From Guillardia theta CCMP2712 (taxonomy: Eukaryota > Protista > Cryptophyta): a stretch of DNA of 45,269 nt. The notes below the pieces were generated by a model. That model saw only the letters and a program-made list of their open reading frames with translations. It was not told the DNA's origin and searched no databases. Of this stretch, positions 13,901-25,144 are shown in pieces; within the stretch, counting starts at the first letter, position 1, and every line of letters starts with the position of its first letter. Position numbers and translations under genes: made by a program. The DNA is taken from positions 1 to 45,269 of the forward strand of contig NW_005434475.1 of the NCBI RefSeq assembly GCF_000315625.1. The letters run 5' to 3'.

Positions 13901-16900
13901 CTGTAAATGTTGCAAGAAGACCAGCAATGCTAGACGAAACCCCGGCACCAACAGCTGTAATAAAAGTTGAAGCACAAGCACCTGGTTCGATGATCATCTT
14001 TGTGGGAATTGAATTGTTACCTAGCACTTGTTGATTTGTGAAATACAAGACGGGATTCAAATCTGCTCCTTGCGAAAACGTAAGGGAAAGCGTACCTTCA
14101 GATTTCTCTGTATGAACGAATCGAACCGTAAATTGATAAACTTTCCGAGGTTGAATAAGAATATCCAAGGTGACAGTAGTAAGATTTTCCATCGATGCCG
14201 ATGTCCTTGCAATGTGCTCTCCGTTGAGGATTACACTTGACATTCCATCGGATCTCAAAGCTAGATTAAAAATTCCTTGTTCTTGTACAAAGAGGTATCC
14301 TGACCATTCAATGCATCGTGAATTTAAAGGTGAACTTCGAAAGATGCGCACTTCTGGCACAATTTCATTGTAAAATGGAGTCTGGCATGAAGAATCCAGA
14401 AAATAGATTGCTTGTAAACCATAATCCATCAAGCATGAGAGGTACACATTGTAGTCGCCAGATCGAGTCGCAGTAATAGACAAATAGTCAACTGATGAAT
14501 TATTTGAATCAAACAGGTAAGCTGAATGTAAGGAGGCATCTCCGACATACGATTGAGGCTCGATTTGAATTAAAACAGGTATCATGTCAAGTCTGTCAAT
14601 CTGATTTCCAAATCTATCTAGGAAATTCACCTGAAAATATAACAAAGATGGACTTGTAGCTTCAAAATCAGATAAATTGGTATACGAGAGTGATGCGCAC
14701 ACTTTCCCTGGAAATATACTCAGATTGAAAGGCAACTTCTCAGATACTAATTGATGCGAAAATAAATAACGGAAATCTACTTTTGTTTTGTACATCAAAA
14801 ATCCTGAAAATTCCAGAAGTAATCCCTGCTGCCCCCCTGTCCCGTTCGGTTGCTTGTACTCCATCACAATGTCGTAGTACCCCCCTGCAGTCCCCAGGTA
14901 AATGGTCCCGCTGTTCTCCGTACCCTCTAAGCTCGTCCACTGATCGATCAGCATCACGTTGTCCACCCAAAGCCTCACTCGCTCTACCCAAGACCTCACC
15001 GATGCGTACATCGTGTAGACTGAAGCGAGGGGAGGGCGGACAAAGCCAGACCAACGGATACTGTATGGAGAATCTCCGGGGAGGGAAGGGAAGGGCTTTG
15101 TACCAGGAGCAGCACTGAAATCGATGGATGAATGATCTACCGTGCTCAACGAATATCCAAACTCCTGTGCATATGTAATCATTTGTAGACCTCCAGACTG
15201 TGGGATTTCAATAAAAAGATTTGAAGTTGTGGCCTTGGTCGGGCTTGCCATTTCTATAGAATAAGTTTTCAAATCATTTGATGACTTAACTATTCCGTGA
15301 GTCATTCTTTCATTCTCTATATTCAATTTCATGTATACAATTACACTTTGAGGTTCCACAGGGCTATTTCCGTATGCATCAAATAGAACAACAGTGAAGA
15401 ATGATTTCGAGCCAGCTGTCGCGATAGAAATGAAGGATGTCACGATAGAGAATTGAAATAAATTTGGCAGAATCCGTAAGTCAAGTTTCACAATATCGTT
15501 AACCGAAGGGTAAGCGCTTAAATATTTAGTTGGAACCACTTGGAAATCAAAATATTCCGAGGTGTTAGCAATCGACCATTCGAGTTGGCAAAAGCAAGCA
15601 GCAGATTTGCCTCTCTTGTAAAACAATTCTGTGTATGCAAAAGTTTGATTATTGACGTATAAGCTTCCAAGTGGTAAAAGGCCTGATAAACTTGACCATT
15701 GATCGATTATTAGATTGTTGTCAATCCACAATTGAACCCTGTCACTTGGATACTGCAATCGAATTTGAAAGAAGAACTTTGCAGATACATACAGAGAAAT
15801 GATTCCCTGCCATCTTAATGTTGAAGATTTCACGAAATCTGCTTTCAGATCAGACCAAGATATCTGTACTGATCTCTCCTGGGAAGAAGAATCATATAAT
15901 TCCTGATATTGACCATCTTTTAAAATTGAAAGCGTCAAGCCACTACCATTGAAGAAATAGATCCAGGGTCTGGCATACGTGCTACTGACGGAATATAACA
16001 ATTCAGAAATGTTGCTGGTAAGTTGTCGATCATATCCCAGAATCAAGTTTTCGTTTTGGTCAACCATTAGACTGTGGAATTCTGTATTATTTATGACAGA
16101 ACCAAATTGGTCCCGCAAAGATATTCGAATGAACGAAGGTGATCCTGCAGTGGCAAGTGATAAACCTTGTCCAGCCATCAAACTATTGGAAAATGATACT
16201 GAAGTCGTAGCCACAAAAATTTCATAATCGAGTAATGATCCATTGAGATTGATAAATAGCATATAATTCATGTTTCCCACATCATTCACTGCAAAGGATA
16301 TGATTCCTTCAACTCCAAATTGGCAATCAAATGATTGATTGATATATTTGGATTTCGGAACTTCAACTTCAACGAAGTAATTTTGACAAGAAATATTGTT
16401 TTGAAACTCATCCCTTGCAATAATTTGAAGGATTGAAACAACCCCAGCCGTCACTGTCGAGAGACCATCTCCTGTAACAACACTTTGATTCCTGTCCAAT
16501 TTGTTCGGACTGAAATATAACGAAGAATCAAAAGTCAATACACCATAGAAGAATTCAATGGACGTGCTGTTAAACGACAATCCCTGCTGCCCCCCTGTCC
16601 CGTTCGGTTGCTTGTACTCCATCACAATGTCGTAGTACCCCCCTGCAGTCCCCAGGTAAATGGTCCCGCTGTTCTCCGTACCCTCTAAGCTCGTCCACTG
16701 ATCGATCAGCATCACGTTGTCCACCCAAAGCCTCACTCGCTCTACCCAAGACCTCACCGATGCGTACATCGTGTAGACTGAAGCGAGGGGAGGGCGGACA
16801 AAGCCAGACCAACGGATACTGTATGGAGAATCTCCGGGGAGGGAAGGGAAGGGCTTTGTACCAGGAGCAGCACTAAAATCCATTGTGGCATTTGAAGCAC

Positions 16901-19900
16901 TGGCAAAGTTATCCATGAATTCGAAAGTGTAGTATGTGGCAGTCAGTTCACCGGAATACAAAATGTAACCTAGCAGGTCGATGACTCCAGCTCTTGTAAT
17001 GCTAAAATTGCCAACTACCATCCCATTTTCATGCTGTAGTGACGACACCTTCGAAGGCAAAGACTGACTTGTTGCTACTGAAGCCCAACTCAACATGGTA
17101 GCATCATAATGATTGCCGAATTGGTCGAATGCTTGAACCGTAAAAGCATATGCAACACCGACTGTTCCAAAACTGCCAGTCGACCAATTTACAGTTGTTT
17201 TGGGGGCAAAGACAGCACTTGGAGCAACGAAGGACCAATAGCTAGTTGAACAAATCATGTTCGTGACACTCAATAGGCTCAGTAGAGGAATTGCAGGCAC
17301 TTGGAAGCCTCTGCTTTCCCAGGTAAGTGAAATTTCATCATTTTTTGATAAGAATAGCAAATTTCCATTGAGTGCATAGTAAGTGTCTTGATTTAAAAAT
17401 AAAGAAGAAACGTATGTTATATTCCTCTTGACCTTGCCTTTGAAAATATATAAATTATCAACAGAAATGCTAGCATCTATTTGATCCTTGCCATCACTGG
17501 TATTAGATGATATCAACAAAGAGAAGCCAACCAAATGAGACCATTGAGATTCCAAATATCCAGAAAGTCTGACTTGCCGAGTATCCTCTTCCAAAACAAA
17601 CGACAAGGCTGGAAGTAATTTGTTTGAACTTGTGAGGCCGAATCCAGCATCCGAAAGGCTGTAGAATGTTGCAGAGATCACTTCTCTGACAACATTCATG
17701 AATTCCAACATGTAGAACCCAGATTGATTCAGGGTGTGATGGAATCCAAAAGAGCAATTAAAAATTGTGCAAGACGAAGTGACTGCAACAAAATTATTCT
17801 CTCTCTCCAATTCAGTGAACAGAGGACCCCTCGCTCTCATCAAAACGTCGTAAGGCATTGCATCTAAGACATTCATCTCATCTCGGAATCGCAAGCTGAA
17901 TGAAATCTTGCTCCCAGCTTCAAGCAGCGAAAGAGAATTCCCGGAACATGAACTGCTAATGGACTCTTGATGATATGATGAACGATGAGAAATTGGAAAA
18001 CTAAGAGATGAAAGGAAAACTTTTCCATACAAGTATTCTGTTGCAATAGCTTCAATTGCAGATGTACCATTTTGCTTCCAACTGAAAATTATTCCCTGCT
18101 GCCCCCCTGTCCCGTTCGGTTGCTTGTACTCCATCACAATGTCGTAGTACCCCCCTGCAGTCCCCAGGTAAATGGTCCCGCTGTTCTCCGTACCCTCTAA
18201 GCTCGTCCACTGATCGATCAGCATCACGTTGTCCACCCAAAGCCTCACTCGCTCTACCCAAGACCTCACCGATGCGTACATCGTGTAGACTGAAGCGAGG
18301 GGAGGGCGGACAAAGCCAGACCAACGGATACTGTATGGAGAATCTCCGGGGAGGGAAGGGAAGGGCTTTGTACCAGGAGCAGCACTGAAGTAGGGTTGTT
18401 CCAGCATTGCTAAAGTTGAATTGAATGAGATTGAGCTAGTATTGACTGAAATGCTGACGTTTAAACCTCCTTGTTCGCTATACCAAATTATTACGTTCTT
18501 TGCAGATCCCCCATCCAGTGATACATAACTGCCGAGAGATATGCTCTGCCTTGTGTCGAATAGATGGTTTAGGGTAAAGGTGCTTCGGTTAAAGAACTGA
18601 ACCTGAAAAATTAATTCATGGCTTGTTTTAGTGACTATATTGCCATATTCATCTCTCAGTGATATCTGAAAATACGAGTCTATGAAAGGATTTGAAGGTA
18701 CAAGAATTGGCCGTAAGACAGAGGATTTGGATAGGACAACATTCGATGGAGCAACTGTTACATTGAAATCCATCAAAAAGAATTTTTCATCAAATAAAAA
18801 TGAATTGTTTACTTCTGTAGCAGTAGAATTTCCATAAATCCAAAGCAACTTGTTATTAGACAGAATATCCAAAGTAGATGCATATATTTTGACCTGATAC
18901 ACTTCCTTACTAGACAAGAAAACATGTTTTTGATGCAAGGGACAGGAAGTGAAAATAGATATTTCTCCAACCCAGATTTCGAAACAAGCGCTGCTTGTAA
19001 CGTTGGTTTCAAGGAAGATTGAAAAATATTCGGATATGGGTACAGAAAGGAAACCGATCCACGATGCAGTACTTGATGTGTAATTCCACTTTCGAGGCGT
19101 AAAAGATTTCAAAAGATATAACGAAATCGTCTCTGCACCAGATAAAGAAGGAAAAATAGACACTTCATACAATCCTCTCTCACAGCTTGGAAGTTCCAAA
19201 AGTCTCTTGTTGCTTTCATATTCCATGGAGAAGGATAATTTTCTATCAATAAAGTTTCCATAAACATCTGTGCACGTTATGGCAAAAGTCACAGGAATCC
19301 CTGCTGTCAAAATGCTTTGCCTTGTACCAACTTGATAACATCTGTTCAAATCGTTGGATGCGACTGTCACATTGACGTAATTCGATGTCAACAAAGAGGA
19401 CCAAAATCTAAAATCGGCAAGCTTTTGTTTGGACTCATCTTTGAGACGAAGACCAAACTTGAAATCCACCAAACTCTCGAATTGAAACGATTTCATTTCG
19501 AAGCGATATGGGTGACCAACCTCCAAATATAGTGTGTAGATCAAATTCGTTGGATCCAATGTTCGATATAAATATTCACATGTATCGACTTCAAAGAAAT
19601 CACTTATCAATATCAAAACACATGCATTTGTAGATATTGAAACTTCGTAGGTGGAAGTATCTTCGACCAATAGAACTCCTGACCACTGAATGCTTTTTAT
19701 TTTCGTTTGGAGCTGATTTTCAACATTCAATTGGTCTATGAAATCAGGGAAGGATGAATGGATCTGACTCAATAATGGATGTTCGAAATTGTAATCTCCA
19801 TAATATGTTGCATGTAATCCTGTCAAATTGGAAAACAGAACATCCACTTGGAAAGAGCCGCTGCGAGTGAAGACTAACCATATTGTACTCAAAGATGGAT

Positions 19901-22532
19901 TCTCTGTACTGATGCTGTTTAAATGCAAGCCATCGGAGTCGAAGATATGGGTTCTTATTCGGAAGTAAGGAATTGCACTTAAAAAATTCCCGAAAGAATC
20001 CTTGAAAACGATCCCAAACTGACAAGCTTCGCCTGCGGAAATGGAGGTGACACTTAAATTATACAAAACCGCAGTTGAAATCATACTAGAAGAATGAATC
20101 TGAAGACTAAGGGGTGAATTGTTCATCTCTGAAAAAACCAACAAAGCATTTAACACTCCCCTTGTCGAATTTGGATAAATCCAAGACAAAGAAGTTCCCT
20201 GCTGCCCCCCTGTCCCGTTCGGTTGCTTGTACTCCATCACAATGTCGTAGTACCCCCCTGCAGTCCCCAGGTAAATGGTCCCGCTGTTCTCCGTACCCTC
20301 TAAGCTCGTCCACTGATCGATCAGCATCACGTTGTCCACCCAAAGCCTCACTCGCTCTACCCAAGACCTCACCGATGCGTACATCGTGTAGACTGAAGCG
20401 AGGGGAGGGCGGACAAAGCCAGACCAACGGATACTGTATGCAGTGTCTATTGGAATGCAGTGGAACAAGGATTGTAACAAATTTCCACTGAAATCAATAT
20501 GAGGTTCAATTTGAGAATGTAATGCTTGTCTGGATTCTGTAACATAGAATGTCGCAAAAATTCCAGTACCGATTGGATATCTCACGTGCAGGTCTACTAA
20601 ACCTGTTAAATTGTAACGAAATGCGATGTGATATGGGCAAAAGATTGTATTCTTCATCAAAATGCTGAAATCTTCATGAACGGCAGACCGCAAAAATACG
20701 TGCAAATTCCAAGAATTTTCTGGAAATTGAAGCTCATTTCCGAAGGTGTCAGTGAAAAGCAAGCAGAAAGAGATACTGTTTCCTGCAAAGAGCGTTGACA
20801 AATTCGGCAAACTTACTGAGACCGATGAAACATTATTATTTGGAGACACATATATGTTGAAAGAGGGGTACTCTCTTTGATGCATCATTTGAAAGATTGA
20901 TATTCTGTAAAAGCCACTTACTGTAAAAGTATACTCCATTCGTGATCGAAGTTCAGTGCAATCTTGAAATACTGAGGAAGTGACAAAATTGCGGAATCCG
21001 GCTTGCCTTTGTTCAAGCAAAAGTTTGCAATTGTACAAATGATGAGCTGAATCACTAATTCCAAAATAGTCACGAACGAAAAACCAAAATGTGCTCGGCA
21101 CTCCGACTGTTAACAGGGAAGCTCCAGATCCAAGGGTAATCAAGGATTCCCGACGAGCTATCACTGATATCACATTGACTTTCAGTGGGCTCCCATCGAT
21201 AAAAAGTAGATCATTTTGAGAATTTTTCAAGGCAACCCAGAGATGATATGTGCCTTGCCGAACTGGCAACCACTTGAAACTGCATGTGCTATTTTTACAC
21301 GACATCCGATGGGCAGACGTCTGAATTATTCCAGAATTTGGAGAAAATCTAGACTCTCGGAAATGAATCAGTAGAAAGCAATCGGTAATTGCAACATTCA
21401 ATCTACCAATGATCCTCCACAGAGTGAAAATATGACAAAATCTGCCGGAAATAATCGTTTGTGGACAATCACTTTGAATCATTAAGTTTCGTGCCATGTC
21501 TCTGATGCTTAACTTTGGAGTTCTTGTAGAAGCGTCAGAGAAGAAACTGTAGGCCTGCTGCATATCCGAGGAACTCATCAGATTTCTAAACCAGCTTGCA
21601 CGTTCAGGATGTCTTTGAGACCAAGAAATGTCTATCTGTCTATTGCCATCATAATCAATCGATGAATTTTTTTGTTTGACGGAAACAACAAATGGGCTTC
21701 CTAGAATGTGCTCATGGGCACAACAAAAGTTTTCATTCGCAATGCATGTAGCTGTTCTGTTGCCATGTTCTGGAAACCATTTGAGAAAAAAATGTCTGGA
21801 ACTAGTATTTGGAAAGTAGAAAAGAAAAGTATAGTACCTCAAGCCTTGCATCTGGAAAGAAGGTCACAACCAAGAAGTGACTCAAGATGAAATTTTGATT
21901 TACCCGAAAATATCCCTGATTACAACCGTGCCCTTGACATGAGGCTGGAGGGATAATCAATCGTCCGTCAAGATATAGCATGGAACCATCAGATGCCGTG
22001 AAAACGTATTCGGTAGATTCAAAATTTCTCAAGAATCCTTGCAATCTCACACTTCCTGGAAATGTTCTTTGCTTGCACGCGGTTTCAAAATCAAAGAGCC
22101 GAGATCCGACCACATGTCTAAATGAATCGTCGTAAAACGTGGCCCAGAGTCGTCCACCTGCAAAAACTCCATCAGACAAACCCAAATAATTCAAACACAT
22201 TCTACATTTTAGAGTCTGGACGTCAAGGAGGCTTTTTCCAGCTTCTGGTACTTTGTATCTGACGTTGCTTTCCGCCTTGGATATGACGTAACTCAAAAAG
22301 GTTCTTGAATTTCCTTGCAAAGTTGCAATAAATTGATCATTTCTTGATTGGATTGAAAAGTATTGCTGTCCCGAGATATGACCTTGAAAGTTTGAAAGGA
22401 ACCTGCAGTAGCCAGTGAAATGGCACTTCCGTGCGCTGTGCTCATACTTGCACATACTTCTTCGTGTAAAAAATAATCGGACATCAGCGTTGGCAAGCAG
22501 AGGATTATCAGCAAAACGCTTTCTTTGTTCAT
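1..22532 (-). CDS. Giant secreted/surface protein (>7,400 aa, 3' end outside window): signal peptide + filamin-type Ig repeats with inserted PA14 domains + long IPT/TIG-like repeat array (fibrocystin-like domain mix)
   Basis: ATG 22532 gives MNKESVLLIILCLPTLMS (hydrophobic leader), then a filamin-like start (AHGSAISLATAGSFQTFKVISRDSN). Continues via ORFs 21802-22455, 6330-21851 (5173 aa), 2750-6139 and 1053-2675. Filamin motifs: G.GLS..TAG....F.I..RD.FGN and HISGSPF. PA14 motifs: YSIRWSGF...VRLWVDN..LIDQW...YYDIVMEY. IPT motif: PTITAISPDFGPISGGIKVTLYGSNLG. Frame breaks occur at the N-gaps and near 1090, 2760, 6141, 21780-21837 and ~22360. Confidence 0.88.
3940..4608 (-). repeat. 261-bp tandem repeat (~2.6 copies), extremely C-rich on + strand, one TIG unit each
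   Basis: gcgccctccccgtgtagtcc recurs at 4021, 4282 and 4543; encodes ...GRAREGGTGCEATEWESETAVRCRGGGGVGR...; another copy at 7745-7960. Confidence 0.95.
8126..9464 (-). repeat. 519-bp tandem repeat (~2.6 copies; two TIG units per copy)
   Basis: ORF pairs offset by exactly 519 (8598/9117, 8626/9145, 8674/9193) with only a couple of substitutions (NAPSTGSMS vs NTPSTGSTS). Confidence 0.95.
13327..13607 (-). repeat. Identical PA14-core cassette, copy A
   Basis: Encodes SAAPGTKPFPSLPGDSPYSIRWSGFVRPP...YKQPNGTG; same nucleotide sequence as copies B-E. Confidence 0.95.
14824..15116 (-). repeat. Identical PA14-core cassette, copy B (293 nt)
   Basis: ccctgctgcccccctgtcccg...ccaggagcagcact; the off-frame translation MVWLCPPSPRF...QATERDR is identical in all five copies. 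Confidence 0.95.
16582..16874 (-). repeat. Identical PA14-core cassette, copy C
   Basis: Same 293 nt as copy B, offset 1758. Confidence 0.95.
18094..18386 (-). repeat. Identical PA14-core cassette, copy D
   Basis: Same 293 nt as copy C, offset 1512. Confidence 0.95.
20197..20440 (-). repeat. Identical PA14-core cassette, copy E (shorter, lacks the SAAPGTKPFPSLPGDSP part)
   Basis: Identity runs from YSIRWSGF to GGQQG; offset 2103 from copy D. Confidence 0.95.
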
Positions 22533-22874
22533 GATTAGGAATGAAATCTCATGACATTCAAGGAGAAATTTCGTTCAAGAGATCTCATAGCAGCGAAGGT
22601 GCACATGACGCGATCCTCAACTGCTCGCCCATCCTGCTTGAGATTTCACTCAACATACCACGTACAGAACGTCTCCTTCCTTTTCACGCTCTATGAATAT
22701 CCTCGTTCATAAGTACCCCATTCTTCACCTCAAAATTCATTATCAAAGCACCGGTAAAAAAATATTAAAAAATACTGTGCCCAGGTCGTTCTTTCTCCCG
22801 TGCAGGCGCCGCTCCAGCCGCCACTGACCTTGGCACGGGCCCGGTCACCGGGTGTCACTGCCACTGCCAGTTGA

Positions 22875-23015
22875 GTAACAGCCTTGATTTAACTCAACTC
22901 AGTTGAGTAAAGAGTAGCTTGATTTAACTCGACTTTGAGAAAAGAAGTGCCTTGATTTAACTCAACTTGTGCCTTGATCATCAATTTGAGTTCAAGTTGA
23001 GTAAAGAGTTGTTAC
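22875..23015. repeat. AT-rich ~140-bp element of direct and inverted TTGATTTAACTC(A/G)ACT / AGTTGAGTAA motifs; MITE-like
   Basis: Three CTTGATTTAACTC copies and three AGTTGAGTAA copies (one starting just left of the element); imperfect terminal inversion GTAACA...TGTTAC; embedded in GC-rich flanks. Confidence 0.5.
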
Positions 23016-24165
23016 CGGACGGTTGAACTCACGGTCCGGTCACGGGTGACTTTTTACCGGCCGCCCGGCCGACGGTACGGTCCGATCAGTCGGAGGCTCA
23101 GTACCCGGTGGTGCCATGGAGCTTGGGCCGGCCTGCCGCAGAGAATTAAGAGAGGTGATAGGAGATTCCGAAGTTCAGTGGTACAGATGATAGGGGATGC
23201 CTGGTCCTAGGAACTACCGTAGTACCACTACCGGTACTCTACGCTTCTTACCGTCGATCCAACGCTTCCTGTCGAGTTGATACCGTACAGCTGCTGAGTC
23301 CCTTGGCCCGGGGCGGCCAGAGTCCCGGGGCAGTACGCGGTCAACCGTGCCACCGCTGCCGTGACCGCGGCCGGGTTTCGGCCCGGGGTCGTACTCAGTC
23401 ACGGTGGGATGCCAGTCGGACAGTCCGGTGACGCACTGCCGCGTGACACTGGCCCGCAGTCCGATCGGCAGGATAAGGGCCCCCCCGGACCGTCACTGGA
23501 TGGCAAAAAGCTGTCTTTTTTCTTCTCGCCGTGCGGGCACGGTAACTTGAACCCACAGGCTCCGGGCCGGCCACAAGCTGGCTACCGTAGCCAGCTTGTC
23601 TAGGTAGCTAGTATTTCAAGGCTTTCCTCACTGCACTAACCCGTCCGCCCCTGGGCGCAACGGGTCGGCATAAGGCGTCCGATCACAGTATCGGCTGGAC
23701 TCCGGACTTGACTGATTGCCAATTTGGGCCACGATCGTTGATGGCCGGAAGAGCGGAAGCGACTTCCGCCCGTCCGAGGCTCCCGACACCTCCGGGCGCC
23801 GCCTCACCTGGCCTGGGCAGGCTTTGTGACAGGCCGCGCAGGCTTGATTGAATCGCAACTATTACTTGCTAGAACCCTTTGACACTGCGGCATGACACTG
23901 TGACGAAACCGTTGAAAAAATGAAAGTGCGCCGCTGTAACCGGAGTAGGCAACGGACTCCTTGTAAGCAACGGACTCCACATGAGATACCATGAATTTGA
24001 GGGTGACTTTCAATCACCTAGAAATGAAACATATCTGAGGGCTTTTAAAGGAGGGTATATTGAAGGTCTGAAAACAGCTAGGTAAACAAACTAGACCCAT
24101 CATAAAGATACATTCAGAAATGATTGGATTCCCTGCTCAATACCCGAAGTTATCGTTCTGGGTCA

Positions 24166-24965
24166 TCACCTGACATGCCCGTAAGCCCCCTCACCAGCCC
24201 CATCCTTCGACTGTCATGTGAGCTCCCCGCACTCCACGCTGCCCCGGCGGGGCCCTGCCTTATCTCCCCCCGTTCCCCTGCGCCCTTGCCTCTGGCCACT
24301 TCTCCTTCCCCTCTTCGCTCCTGCGATCTTTCCACCGCCCTACCCCTGCCGCCCTCCATCCCCTTCAGCTTACCTTGGATGCAGCCGAAGAAGGCTCCTG
24401 GGCTCCGATCTGTTGCCAGACGTTCACTCGCTTCTGTTTCTGCTCCATCACACGCGTTGTGTCAGACTGCCTCATGGCTCTGGCGTGCCTCTTGCTCGTC
24501 TTACTGTTAACCCCTTCCTCCCTCCTTCCAGCAGCCTCCCCCCTCCGCCCCTTCCCCCCCTTCCCCCCAACAACCATCTCTCCTGCCCCATTCTGCTCTC
24601 CTGAGCAGCCCTACCCTTTCAACCCCCTCCTCCTCTCCCCCCTCCCGGGCCCCCTTTCCGTCCTCCCTTCAGGACCTCCATGATTGTTGCAAGATGCAGA
24701 ATATTTACCTTCTGCGTCATAGAAATTGGAAGCTTCCCATTTTCGATGATCTTTTCATGATATTGTTATGTTACGCAAGGAAATGATGGCAAGATTGATA
24801 CCTGAATCACGCTCAAAACGAAGCAAAATGCAAGGGTTGACAAGGATGCCCAAGTGAAGTTTCTGGACATCTGCAGAGATATTTAGTCTTGTGTCATCGT
24901 ACATTCAGGGTTTCTTCTTCATCATCATGATCTCTTTCTTCCTCGACTTGTTCACTCGTTCTCAT
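24166..24965 (-). CDS. Small multi-exon hypothetical protein with one hydrophobic segment
   Basis: Hand-spliced MRTSEQVEEERDHDDEEETLN/MSRNFTWASLSTLAFCFVLSVIQ/IIENGKLPISMTQK/KQKRVNVWQQIGAQEPSSAASK/SKDGAGEGAYGHVR*, with all phase-0 GT-AG junctions. The first intron (24871-24902) is only 32 nt, so the start is uncertain. No recognised homology. Confidence 0.4.
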
Positions 24966-25144
24966 TTTCCCTCCATCGCCTTCTCAATCAACGCGAAGAG
25001 GCACAGAATCGTAGGGGAGAGAAGCTCGTTATGAAAACCGTTACATCGGTGAACTGTGGTTCCAAGGCCAGTAGTAGTCAAACTGCTCCCGAGGGTTCAG
25101 CCGGGCCCCGGGACCGCCTATCCTCTAGCGTGCATTTGAGCAGC

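Noticed and set aside
13327-20440. Diversity-generating retroelement (template/variable repeats) or intein/transposon explanation for the PA14 cassettes
   Set aside because: Copies are identical rather than adenine-mutated, there is no reverse transcriptase in the window, no terminal repeats or target duplications are visible, and the cassette is an integral part of the PA14 fold.
22366-22382. 17-nt GT-AG micro-intron that would fix the 5' frameshift
   Set aside because: Far shorter than other introns here, and it would delete the conserved filamin VISRD motif.
23214-24013. Short ORFs in the GC-rich region
   Set aside because: No recognisable motifs or consistent splice pattern; looks like GC-rich intergenic repeat sequence.
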